Shown: positions 51,301 to 59,664 of the stretch, one piece after another
How positions within the stretch are numbered: position 1 is the first letter of the stretch
How the letters are laid out: each line of letters starts with the position of its first letter
Source of the DNA: an uncultured Verrucomicrobiota bacterium
GTDB lineage: Bacteria; Verrucomicrobiota; Kiritimatiellia; JAAZAB01
DNA length: 64,000 bases
Direction of reading: 5' to 3'
Assembly: GCA_964617825.1 (NCBI GenBank)
Contig: CAZTWL010000006.1
Span: 23,315-87,314 of the forward strand
The notes under the pieces: model-generated
The model's input: the letters and a program-made list of their open reading frames with translations, nothing else
Told to the model about the DNA's origin: nothing
Database searches by the model: none
Position numbers and translations under genes: made by a program

Positions 51301-51639
51301 TATTCCTCGTTCCACCACGTAAATCCTATCGACATTCTCACCGTACCGATCGATCTTGAAAGCGTTTCGCCAGATCTGTTGAAGAAGCTCTGTGACTGTG
51401 AGCGGAGACTCATGGATGACCTTAAGGCCAAAAGTCAGATACGACTCCGCTGCCACAAGGGTGGCAACGAGAGCAGTGCCCAGACGTTCTTCCCCTCCAG
51501 ATCCAAACCACTCGTCGACGCCACGGACATCGTCGTGGCTATGCACTATGGGTTTTCCCCGCACGAACTAGACTACATTCTCAACTACGACATCAAATAC
51601 AGGACGGTAGGCACGGCCGACGAGGAGGAAGACGAATGA
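48313..51639 (+). CDS. large N6-adenine DNA methyltransferase (Eco57I/DrmMI/PglX-like, gamma-class)
   Basis: 1,108 aa. SAM motif I (VLDPTCGSGAFL) and catalytic NPPY (VIGNPPYV) are present, with long N- and C-terminal extensions. Confidence 0.8.
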   Translation: MDTFMNKATARELLRQFDFKALFLNELGWDDHDGSLPLKVGEDTVTLTAVAEKRGMAAYLCVVPGQRRSYDYQTRCKIEIQLAKSVREHLVIYADPNRRFQTWQWVKREPGKPIARREHTLTANQSGEALLQKIEALEVKIEEEDQLTLVGITARARQAFDVDRVTKRFYDRFKTEHAAFLKQIEGIGDEDECEWYASIMLNRLKFVYFIQKKGFLDQDKDYLRNRLAMVQKTRPKTKFLTFYRAFLLKLFHDGLGRKERSPELHKLLGTVPYLNGGIFAVHPLEEKYTGIDIPDKAFEKVFAFFDQYRWHLDERPLRADDEINPDVLGYIFEKYINQKQMGAYYTKEDITEYIAKNCIVPFILDRVETDLKKKPDAFRALFQLLAADPDRYIYDPVKHGVVLPLPPEIEKGVDTKKPNLMERRAAWNKPASSEYALPTEIWREVVARRQRCAELRTRLSAIMPDAAQSFTANELITLNLNIRQFAQDCIENAATPDVLWAFWQAIEQITVLDPTCGSGAFLFAAVNVLEPLYEACLDRMKAFMLEWRQSIKAPYPNFYNKFDAVIARVEKHANEKYFIFKSIIIRNLYGVDIMDEAVEICKLRLFLKLAAQIEPDYSQENLGIEPLPDIDFNVRAGNTLVGFATEKQAEEVIRQDLLAYNTVWPEVQRDVKEIAEMFALFRQQQTDLGGAVCSEDKARLRKRITPLEARLNQYLADAYDINTKAAVKEWVSKHKPFHWFIEFYAIISSGGFCVVIGNPPYVECHKNTKGTIALVDEYKTHDTANLYPFIVERSTHLVRPRGSLGVILPLSAFCTQRMEPLVSLIVELPGDKWISHFGWRPATLFSGVNIPLSIILCLPHSGSRLYTTTFQKWYQEARDYLFSLIQYADTEGFVQNKYVIPKIGNSTEQSILRKAFSQGKTVAAYLAGGKQGATLYYRNTGGLYWRIITDFQPLFELDHTRMASSTESTLILRDTKALSAITAVLNTNFFWLYYVVYSSFHHVNPIDILTVPIDLESVSPDLLKKLCDCERRLMDDLKAKSQIRLRCHKGGNESSAQTFFPSRSKPLVDATDIVVAMHYGFSPHELDYILNYDIKYRTVGTADEEEDE

Positions 51640-52412
51640 AAAAGGCACTGTGGAAAGCACTTGCAGCGGTTACTGCGAAGAAGAAGACAAACTACACCGA
51701 ATCAGAACTGATTCTCCCAGCCTTGAGGCTCTTGGCTGGTCGCACTACCCCCGTTACGACATCCGACTTGATCGCCCAACTGGAGGCCGATCTTCGTCCC
51801 AAAGGTCACGACGCAGAACTGATCCAAGGCCGCAATGACACCTACTTTAGTCAGAAGGTACGGAACCTCAAGTCACACGATTCATTGAAGCGCCTGAGAC
51901 TCGCGAAACACCATGCAGGGAAGTGGCAGATTACAGAAAGCGGTAGGGACTTCCTTGCAAACAGCACATTGCATGTTGAAAGCATGCTGAATCAAGGCTT
52001 TAGACCCCGGTGCCTGAGCAGACGTGATCAGTTTGACTACTCCAAGCTTGTCATAGAGGAGGGAGCAAGCATTCCTACTTTAGGTCAGGCACGCAAGAGA
52101 AGCGACAGATTGAAGGCTATCGCCATTTCATCTTTCAAAAGAGACAACAAAGGGCGCGTATTCTGCACCGTGTGCGACTTTGACTTCGCCCGCAAGTACG
52201 GTTCTCACGGACGAGGCTTCATCGAAGTACATCATCTGGATCCCATCTTTGAGAAAGATGTGCGGGGAGAAAAGGTTCAACTGCTAAAGGCTCTGACCAG
52301 AGTCACACTTGTCTGCTCTAATTGTCATCGTATGATTCACCGCCGCAAAGGACACATGCTTGGGATAACAGCATTGAAGAAGCTTGTCTTGGCGCATAAG
52401 TGCAAGTCGTAG
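51636..52412 (+). CDS. HNH endonuclease with N-terminal winged-helix-like domain
   Basis: The C-terminal CxxC...HH...CxxCH HNH motif (CTVCDF...EVHHLDPI...CSNCHRMIH) is present. The start codon overlaps the MTase stop (ATGA). Confidence 0.75.
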   Translation: MKKALWKALAAVTAKKKTNYTESELILPALRLLAGRTTPVTTSDLIAQLEADLRPKGHDAELIQGRNDTYFSQKVRNLKSHDSLKRLRLAKHHAGKWQITESGRDFLANSTLHVESMLNQGFRPRCLSRRDQFDYSKLVIEEGASIPTLGQARKRSDRLKAIAISSFKRDNKGRVFCTVCDFDFARKYGSHGRGFIEVHHLDPIFEKDVRGEKVQLLKALTRVTLVCSNCHRMIHRRKGHMLGITALKKLVLAHKCKS

Positions 52413-52461
52413 CCGAACGCAGGTATCCTCACTGAAAATAGGAAAGCGGACTAGCCAACGC

Positions 52462-53058
52462 ATGAAGACACTGCGCACAGCCGGGAACTATATCCTTCTC
52501 AACCGTCCCAAGATCGCCCTGTACTGTTCCGCCAAGTGCCCGGGCAAACTGATCCTGGACACTTACGACCTCGCCAAGCAGTGCCGGGAAAAGGGTGTCA
52601 CGGTCATTAGCGGCTTTCATTCCCCGATGGAGGAGGAGTGCCTCCGTATCTTGCTCCGCTCGACGCATCCGGTAATCTGGTGCCTTGCCCGCAGCATGCT
52701 TAAACGCATTCCCACAAAGCCCGTTGATTGCCGCGCCGCAGTCGCCGAAGGTCGCCTCTTGATCGTATCACCATTTAAAGATACCGTTCGCCATATCACG
52801 GCCAAAACCGCTATGGCCCGTAACCGATTCGTCGCTGAAAAGGCATCTGCTGTTGTTGTCGCCCACGCTGCCCCCGGCAGCAAGATCGAAGCCCTCAGCC
52901 TGGAACTACTTGCCGTTGGCAAGCCTCTCTACACCTTTGACCACCCCGCCAATGCAGTCCTTCTCACTCAAGGCGCAAGAGATATACGTCAACTTAACCT
53001 CGCGGAATTTGCATACATGAGAGGTAAGGTGACCTGCTCCCCAAAAACTGATCCATGA
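52462..53058 (+). CDS. DprA/Smf-like (SLOG superfamily) Rossmann-fold protein
   Basis: The ALYCSAKCPGKLILDTYDLAKQCREKGVTVISGFHSPMEEECLRILL pattern parallels the DprA Rossmann core (xxGSR...vvSGlArGiD..ah). The six-frame ORF starts at 52384. Confidence 0.45.
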   Translation: MKTLRTAGNYILLNRPKIALYCSAKCPGKLILDTYDLAKQCREKGVTVISGFHSPMEEECLRILLRSTHPVIWCLARSMLKRIPTKPVDCRAAVAEGRLLIVSPFKDTVRHITAKTAMARNRFVAEKASAVVVAHAAPGSKIEALSLELLAVGKPLYTFDHPANAVLLTQGARDIRQLNLAEFAYMRGKVTCSPKTDP

Positions 53059-53294
53059 CAGAAGAGAGTCCTCCGGTACCGCGTTGTCAAAGATCGGGAG
53101 CCGTGGTTTCAGATCATAATGAGCCAGAAGTTCGAGTTTGACGAAAAGACCGCAGCGGATCTGGCCCGTCGGGTTCCGCTACCAGAAGCCCTGGCCCGGT
53201 CGCTTGTCTTTGACCTTCGGCGATTTTGGTAGCGGTCAGGTCTTAAGCCGGGATTTCAATGGGGACACTCGGCAGGGCATAAGCCTGCCATAGC

Positions 53295-54758
53295 CTAACT
53301 ATTCAAGTCAGAGGCCGTTTTCAACCTGCGCAAAATATCAATCAATCCCCCGGTGTCCTGCCCGCAATACTTTAACAGTTGTTTCCGCACCTTCTGCCTT
53401 TCCTGTTGGGGCACGTCGCCGAACGTCACCCGCATGAATTCATCGGCGGCAACGGAACCGCCGGCAATTTCCATGTTGGCATAAGATCGGTCCGTTATGG
53501 CTGGCATTACCCGCTTTAGTGAATTGCTGCCATACTGATTAGGATGATGATAGTCCGCTTTTCTAAAGGGCGCAATCAAATCCTTAATGCGTGGCAGAGC
53601 CCGGTTGATCCACGGGCGATGTTCAGGAAACGCCTGGGCCATTTGATCCAGCATGGATTTCTCGAATGCCATATTAAACGCCAAGATGGTGGCGGAATTG
53701 CCAATATGCTGCTTCAAGTTCGACAGCAATGCCGGCCGGGGATCGTGCCTGCCTTCCGCTAGAAATTCATGATGGACCGGTTGCGCTTTAAGTCCCGATA
53801 GGATGTGCAGCGAATACTGGAAGGGGATCTGCTGAAAAGGCTTGGTGCCGTCGTAGAGGGGGATTGCCGTATTGAATGACTCAAAATCCAGAAACCGGAT
53901 CGGATATTCAAGATCAGCCAGGAACTCCCTGATTGCTTCGGGATTAATATGCGGCTTGCGGGTCTTCACGCATTTGATCTGGATGCGCTGGTAAAGGCTT
54001 AATGTTGTGTTGGCGGGAATATCCCGGATATGAAGAATGCCTTTTTCCATAAATTCAAAGGCCCTGGCGCCGATCCGGTGTAAGTCAAAAACGTTATGTT
54101 TAGGGAGAAAGGCCCAGCATTGATCCTGGAACGGGCAGGCATAAGGCGAACTACAATGCGGGCCGACACGAATGTTAGGACATTTGGTATCCAGAGCCTT
54201 GATCATGACCGCAACCGATTTGGGCACGTCGCGAATCAACTCAGATACCTCCTTGGATATCAGGTTTACGTTGAATAGTTTGCTAACCTTGATCGGTCCA
54301 TTCTTGACATAATCACTGTTTATTGTGGCAATCCGACATTGACGGACAGGCAGGCCGGATTTGTCGCAAACGTATTTCTGAAACGCAACGTCCTGATAAT
54401 AGCAGTCTTTTATTTTTGCCGATGATTTGACCTCCACTATATCCCATCCACCCCGGACTGGTGCCAGGATGTCGATCTGGGCATACAGGTTGCCCGAGCC
54501 AATCGCCGCCTCATAAATGGGCTTCCGTTGAGTTAATGCGGCCTGGGTAGCTTTGATCCGGTCCGATATGCTCGATGTCGTATCAATCGCTATGCCGTCG
54601 GGGAATAGATTGCGGGCGCATAGGCCGACTTCCTGGCCGGCCATAAGGATTTTCTGGCGGGCAGCATCATAGACTATCAGCTCGGGCCGATGGATCCGAT
54701 TCCACAGGTATTTGAGACACTGTAATCCGGCCATGTAGCTGCTTTTGGATATATGCAT
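53295..54758 (-). CDS. DUF2779-like protein with N-terminal PD-(D/E)xK (Cas4/RecB-like) nuclease motif
   Basis: The N-terminus MHISKSSYMAGLQCLKYLW, a DIVEVKSS motif and conserved Cys residues match DUF2779. Confidence 0.5.
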   Translation of the reverse strand: MHISKSSYMAGLQCLKYLWNRIHRPELIVYDAARQKILMAGQEVGLCARNLFPDGIAIDTTSSISDRIKATQAALTQRKPIYEAAIGSGNLYAQIDILAPVRGGWDIVEVKSSAKIKDCYYQDVAFQKYVCDKSGLPVRQCRIATINSDYVKNGPIKVSKLFNVNLISKEVSELIRDVPKSVAVMIKALDTKCPNIRVGPHCSSPYACPFQDQCWAFLPKHNVFDLHRIGARAFEFMEKGILHIRDIPANTTLSLYQRIQIKCVKTRKPHINPEAIREFLADLEYPIRFLDFESFNTAIPLYDGTKPFQQIPFQYSLHILSGLKAQPVHHEFLAEGRHDPRPALLSNLKQHIGNSATILAFNMAFEKSMLDQMAQAFPEHRPWINRALPRIKDLIAPFRKADYHHPNQYGSNSLKRVMPAITDRSYANMEIAGGSVAADEFMRVTFGDVPQQERQKVRKQLLKYCGQDTGGLIDILRRLKTASDLNS

Positions 54759-54891
54759 ATCAGGATTCCTTTATGCTTTTAGCATGGTGTTACCTCCGAT
54801 TCAATTACAGCTTAACGGAGTTGATCTGTCTTCTTCAGAATACGAAGATTTTATCCGGATATCCTCCTGGCCTTGATTATTATTTCTTAAA

Positions 54892-55434
54892 CTACAAGCA
54901 TCCATTTATAACCCTGAGAATAACCCATCGCTCTTGCATGTCATCCCAGTAATGCAGGCTGAAACGCAACGCCGGATATTGCTTTGAGACCTGTTGTAAC
55001 CATGGATATGGCGGACTCCACGGCGTTTTGAATTTATAAAATAACCGACGCTTGGATTCGCGAACAAGCTTGGATTCAGACGTGTCCCATTTGCAACCCC
55101 AATGCTTTATGCACCAGGGAATAATCGGATCCTCATAATCATTGTCGCCCACTTTAACGTATGGCTTTTTGGTAACCGCCAAGGGAACCGGCACCAATCG
55201 GTCAAAACTCAGGTCAACGACCACAGGCTTGGATCCCTTTCTCCCAGACTGATGATTGTCATCTCTTTCTTTTATTTGGTAAAAAGAATTGCTTGTCCAA
55301 GCCGCCTTGGTTGTTTTGAGACGATTATAATTTGTTTTTGCAGAGAAATATGAATCCCTGTTTTGGGCCCTAAACGTTGCAATATCTTGTGCAGGCCCAA
55401 CAATATATAATTTATTACGCACCCAGTTTGGCAT
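54892..55434 (-). CDS. hypothetical protein (possibly DUF1281/Api92-like)
   Basis: Likely start MPNWVRNKLYIVGP. Trp/Pro-rich. Low-GC. Confidence 0.3.
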   Translation of the reverse strand: MPNWVRNKLYIVGPAQDIATFRAQNRDSYFSAKTNYNRLKTTKAAWTSNSFYQIKERDDNHQSGRKGSKPVVVDLSFDRLVPVPLAVTKKPYVKVGDNDYEDPIIPWCIKHWGCKWDTSESKLVRESKRRLFYKFKTPWSPPYPWLQQVSKQYPALRFSLHYWDDMQERWVILRVINGCL

Positions 55435-55438
55435 GATG

Positions 55439-55801
55439 TTATTCATCCTGCTTTTCATCTTCGATCCTTGCAACAGGCACGTCGACAATCGTTATTGTGT
55501 CGGTGCCAAAAGTGGACAGAATCGGGACGAACATCGGCGCTACACGCCATTCTTCTATAACAGGGTCGGCAGCCTGGATCATTGCACGCACCTGCATGCG
55601 CTTGAGCAGCCACCTGCTATGGCACCTGGCACATTCAATCACTTTCCCGACAGCCTCCGATGCCGTATCAGCCTCCTCGCAATTAGAAACCTGGTATTCC
55701 TGATTGCTGGGGCATTGCTTGCATCCTATGGCTATGACCACGATGTTACCGCTCAGTTCTTCCTGCTCTTCCTTTGCCGGTTGCAGCCTGTTCGTTTGCA
55801 T
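55439..55801 (-). CDS. small Cys-rich (zinc-ribbon-like) hypothetical protein
   Basis: CxxC...CxxCH pattern (CKQCP, CARCHS). Likely start MQTNRLQP. Confidence 0.3.
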   Translation of the reverse strand: MQTNRLQPAKEEQEELSGNIVVIAIGCKQCPSNQEYQVSNCEEADTASEAVGKVIECARCHSRWLLKRMQVRAMIQAADPVIEEWRVAPMFVPILSTFGTDTITIVDVPVARIEDEKQDE

Positions 55802-55891
55802 AATACCTCCCCTCATTTATTGGTTTTATTTTCGGTTAATTCATGCTTACATCGCCGAATAATGAGTATTTCTTTTTTTCTGCGGCCAATG

Positions 55892-55924
55892 TAGCATGGG
55901 ACATAGGACAAACATCGTCCTAAG
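55892..55924. promoter_or_regulatory. conserved 33-bp motif TAGCATGGGACATAGGACAAACATCGTCCTAAG containing palindrome GGAC-N7-GTCC; second copy at 57774-57806
   Basis: Seen directly. Copy 1 lies in the divergent promoter of the WYL regulator gene. Copy 2 lies between the Sel1 gene and the 57891 gene. The copies are 29/33 identical. Confidence 0.5.
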
Positions 55925-55948
55925 CAAATAATAATTGGATTTATTTTT

Positions 55949-56929
55949 ATGTCGGATCCCAAGTTCAAACCCCAGTTTCGAAGACTTCAATTCATCGATG
56001 AGCAGATCCGGGCGGGTAAATACCCCAATTGCTTCCAGATGGGCAAAGAGCAGGAGGTCAGCTATAAGACCATCCAGCGGGATATTGATTACATGAAATA
56101 TGAGCTGGGGGCGCCCATTGAATACGACAAGGTCAAACGCGGCTTCCGTTACACCGATAACACCTGGTTTCTTAAATCTGTTCTACTGTCAGAAGGTGAG
56201 CTTTTTGCCATGCTGGTGGGCTCCCAGGCCATGACGATGTACCGGGGTATGCCGGTAGCCAAGGAGCTGGAGGCGATATTCGGTAAGTTGGCGGCCTGTC
56301 TGCCAGATAAATTGACCGTTTCGCCCGAGCTGATCTATTCACGGTTCACGTTCAGTGGGCCGCCGGCCAAGGTAATCCGCGAGGATGTCTGGAAAGGGGT
56401 AGTGCGGGGCTTGATGAACCAGCGCGAACTGGAAATACGCTATCAATCACTCCACGCGCAACAGCCCAAAACGCATGCAGTCCAGCCCTGCCACCTGGCC
56501 AATCTGGATGGTGAATGGTATTTGTTCGCCTATGACCCCAAGCACAAGGAAATTGTCCAGTATTCCGTCGGACGGATTGAATCGGTCACGGTGAGCGAAC
56601 GCACGTTCACGCTTCCGGCAACCGTCAACATGGGAAAGTTGCTGGCCGATCGTTTTGGCCGGTTTATACACAGCGAGAAATATAAGCCGATTGTCGTCCG
56701 GCTGCTTTTTGATGCGAAGCTGGCCGCCTATATTTCGGAAAAGACCTGGCATCCCGGGCAAACACTCAAGCCCCGGCGCGGAGGCGCGGTAGAATTATGC
56801 CTGCCGGTGCCGGCTGTCCGGGACGTGAGGCCCTGGATTATGAGTTTTGGTTCGAAGGTCAAGGTCCTGGCGCCGAAATCACTGGCCGAAGCGATCAGGC
56901 AGGAACATTATCAGGCTGCAAAGGTATAA
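55949..56929 (+). CDS. WYL-domain transcriptional regulator (BrxR/CapW-like: N-terminal wHTH + WYL + C-terminal domain)
   Basis: A literal WYL motif (DGEWYLFAYDP) is present with an N-terminal HTH. The 326-aa length is typical of BrxR-family regulators in defence islands. Confidence 0.7.
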   Translation: MSDPKFKPQFRRLQFIDEQIRAGKYPNCFQMGKEQEVSYKTIQRDIDYMKYELGAPIEYDKVKRGFRYTDNTWFLKSVLLSEGELFAMLVGSQAMTMYRGMPVAKELEAIFGKLAACLPDKLTVSPELIYSRFTFSGPPAKVIREDVWKGVVRGLMNQRELEIRYQSLHAQQPKTHAVQPCHLANLDGEWYLFAYDPKHKEIVQYSVGRIESVTVSERTFTLPATVNMGKLLADRFGRFIHSEKYKPIVVRLLFDAKLAAYISEKTWHPGQTLKPRRGGAVELCLPVPAVRDVRPWIMSFGSKVKVLAPKSLAEAIRQEHYQAAKV

Positions 56930-57017
56930 TAAATCTAGTGAGAAATAGCATTAAGAGCTTTCTGAGCCTCTGCTTCTCCCTGCTTGGCTGCCTTTTGAAA
57001 CTATTTCACGACCTTGG

Positions 57018-57659
57018 CTATATCCTGAAGTATCCCGTCGCCGTTCGCATAACATAACCCAGGATTATTTTGCACTCCTGCATCTCCCTGCTTGGCCACC
57101 ACGCTATGGCCTTGGTTAAATCCTTGGGCACACCATTGCCGTTCGCATAAGATAAACCAAGATTAATTTGAGCCTCTGCAACACCCTGCTCGGCTGCTTT
57201 CTGCCACCACTCTGTTGCCTTGGTTAAATCCTTGGGCACGCCTTCGCCATCTAAATAACATACCCCAAGATTAAATTGAGCATCTGCATCTCCCTGATCG
57301 GCGGCCTTCTGATACAATTCTACGGCCTTGGTTATATCCTTTGAAACGCTAGTACCGTTTTCATAAAAGACTCCAAGGCAACATTGAGCCGCTGCATTTC
57401 CCTGATCCGCTGCTTTCTGAAACCATTCTGCTGCCTTGGTTAAATCCTCGGGTACACCTTCGCCCTTCGCATAACATAGACCAAGATTAAATTGAGCGTC
57501 TGCATCTCCCTGACCGGCGGCCTTCTGATACAATTCTACGGCCTTGGCTATATCCTTGGAAACGCCATTGCCGTTTTCATAACATACCCCAAGATTAAAG
57601 CGGGCAGCTGCATCTCCCTGATCGGCTGATTCGGCTAATTTGTTGAGATTTTTACGCAT
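57018..57659 (-). CDS. Sel1-like repeat (TPR-like) protein
   Basis: Six repeats of A(Q/A)xNLGxCYxxGxGVxKDxxKAxEWxQKAA. Confidence 0.75.
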   Translation of the reverse strand: MRKNLNKLAESADQGDAAARFNLGVCYENGNGVSKDIAKAVELYQKAAGQGDADAQFNLGLCYAKGEGVPEDLTKAAEWFQKAADQGNAAAQCCLGVFYENGTSVSKDITKAVELYQKAADQGDADAQFNLGVCYLDGEGVPKDLTKATEWWQKAAEQGVAEAQINLGLSYANGNGVPKDLTKAIAWWPSREMQECKIILGYVMRTATGYFRI

Positions 57660-57773
57660 ATGGCGTTCTCCTATTAGAGCCCTGTAATATGGGCTGCATC
57701 TACAGTAAGTATTTTTAGCCACGACATTCCTTTATTGTGAACCTCTTTAGTTTCCTTATTTTTGCTCCCACGA

Positions 57774-57806
57774 TAGCATGGGGCATAGGACAAACAGCGT
57801 CCCAAG
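57774..57806. promoter_or_regulatory. second copy of GGAC-N7-GTCC-containing motif (TAGCATGGGGCATAGGACAAACAGCGTCCCAAG)
   Basis: See 55892-55924. Confidence 0.5.
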
Positions 57807-57890
57807 AAAAAATTATTAGGATTGTTTTATGACGGTTCGCGAGTTTAATCTGTAACAGGAGACATAAAATCACATAGAGGCCTATCATCT

Positions 57891-58457
57891 ATGATCGACA
57901 GCGAAACAGCCAAAGTTATAGCCCGACTGTTAAGCGAGAGACTGGTTCAGCTTGGCAAGGAGGGCAAACAATGGGCTCCTGATCCATTTGAACCCAAGCC
58001 AGCCGTGACGCTTCGGAAAGGGATTGATATGCTGGAGGACGCGCTGAACAATCTGATTCAGTCAACAAGCGCAATTGAAAGGGAGTGCAATAAAAGCCTG
58101 AATAATATGCCGTGTGAATCAACAGGTATGGCCGATATGTCCGCCATCGAAGAGGCCGTGGCCAGAATCTTGGCGCATGTTCGGGCCATCTATCGCGTCG
58201 AGTTTCGTCTCGCCCAGGTAACGCCGCCACGGCTTCTGGAAAACTGTTTTCGTCTATTTCAGGGGATCGGACACCGGTTCGCCGGCAAACTAAACAATGC
58301 GGCCCTTGACATTAACCAAAAAGCAGAAGGTCCTTTTAAAACCGGCGTAATCTATACAACATACACCTTAGGCTTTGAACCAAACGAGGAGCAACTCGTT
58401 GCCGAATTCAACCGCGTTAGGGATGTTATTCGGGAGGTTGGGCAGCTGAAGCGCTAG
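57891..58457 (+). CDS. hypothetical protein
   Basis: 188-aa ORF downstream of the conserved motif. No domain recognised. Confidence 0.4.
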   Translation: MIDSETAKVIARLLSERLVQLGKEGKQWAPDPFEPKPAVTLRKGIDMLEDALNNLIQSTSAIERECNKSLNNMPCESTGMADMSAIEEAVARILAHVRAIYRVEFRLAQVTPPRLLENCFRLFQGIGHRFAGKLNNAALDINQKAEGPFKTGVIYTTYTLGFEPNEEQLVAEFNRVRDVIREVGQLKR

Positions 58458-58774
58458 CGCCGGCACATAAGGGGTAAGTCCGAGATTCTTGGTATTTGAT
58501 ATAGTTTTCTTCGCAGGCGATGGAATTCGGGTCTTTGCCGCGCTCAACAAGCCCTGCTGTTTTGGACACAGAGGTCCGATGCCCCATCGCCAAGCGCCCT
58601 GCGATCCACTCCGCGCCAACACACGTTCGACGACTTAACCACCACCCCAGAATTTGTTTCCGCTTGGCCCCTTCCTTCAGCGTCGTTACCGCATGCTTTG
58701 CGCTTGTTCCGCTTTTATCCGCATTGTATCCTCGCCGTGTACCGGATGGAATTCTTCCCCTTCGAGTTGCAGAT

Positions 58775-59383
58775 ATGAAAGCAATCCTGTCCGCCGTCAT
58801 GTTATCTGCCCTTGTTTTTTTTCAAGGGTGTGGCCGGCAGCCCCGGATTGCAAAGCTGTCTGCGGCGTCGGTGGTTGTTGCTTTTGGAGATAGCCTGACT
58901 GCGGGGACGGGCGCCAGCCTTGCCGAGAGCTACCCTGCGGTTCTCGCGGAAATGCTCGGCTGCCGGGTGATCAATGCCGGGGTGCCCGGCGAAGTCAGTT
59001 CCGCAGCCCTCAAGCGGCTGCCGACCGTGTTGCAAGACCAGAAAGCCGATCTCGTCATTCTCTGTGAGGGCGGGAACGACCTGCTCGGCAAAGAGGATGA
59101 CGATGTTATCCGCAAAAATATCGATGCCATGGTCGCCGTGGCGCGCGATGCAGGCGCCAATGTTGTTTTGATCGGTGTTCCGCGCCCCGGCCTGCGCTTG
59201 AAGGTCCCTCAGTTCTACCGGCAGGTCGCCGACAAGCACGGCATCCCGTACGATTCAAAAACTATTGCGCAAATTCTGTCGTCGCGCTCTCTCAAGAGCG
59301 ATTATGTGCACCCGAATGCCGCCGGCTACCGGCGAATGGCCGAATCAATTGCAGGCCTGATCCGAGCGAGCCAGCAAGAATAG
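58775..59383 (+). CDS. SGNH/GDSL-family arylesterase-like hydrolase (TesA-like), secreted
   Basis: Signal peptide MKAILSAVMLSALVFFQGCG followed by a GDSL block (VVAFGDSLTAG) and a DxxH-like C-terminus (DYVHPNAAGY). Confidence 0.75.
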   Translation: MKAILSAVMLSALVFFQGCGRQPRIAKLSAASVVVAFGDSLTAGTGASLAESYPAVLAEMLGCRVINAGVPGEVSSAALKRLPTVLQDQKADLVILCEGGNDLLGKEDDDVIRKNIDAMVAVARDAGANVVLIGVPRPGLRLKVPQFYRQVADKHGIPYDSKTIAQILSSRSLKSDYVHPNAAGYRRMAESIAGLIRASQQE

Positions 59384-59664
59384 AACCATCGAACAAGCGC
59401 GGCCGCCGCTCGCTCATCGTGCGCTCGTTTCTCCGCGCCGCCGTATGTCTCGCGTCGCTTCCCCTCCATTTTCACCCTAACCGATTCTAAAAGTTTCTCG
59501 CGATACTCGTCTCCCCTTGGGACAGCAGCCGCCATGAGGAAGTGCAGCATAGATAGCGGCATCAAGGCCGCCACGGTCTGCGCCAGTCTGGACACCGGAG
59601 ACTATTTTGGCTATGGGCACGGGATTTCCAGACTACGGTAATTAAAAGGCGATTGGGAATAAGA

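Noticed and set aside
53059-53294. Small ORFs (27-37 aa) in the convergent intergenic region between the DprA-like gene and the DUF2779 gene
   Set aside because: They are too short and have no RBS or motif support. The region is more likely to hold bidirectional terminator sequence.
59326-59595. 89-aa minus-strand ORF overlapping the 3' end of the GDSL esterase gene
   Set aside because: It overlaps a well-supported gene on the opposite strand, and its translation has no motifs.
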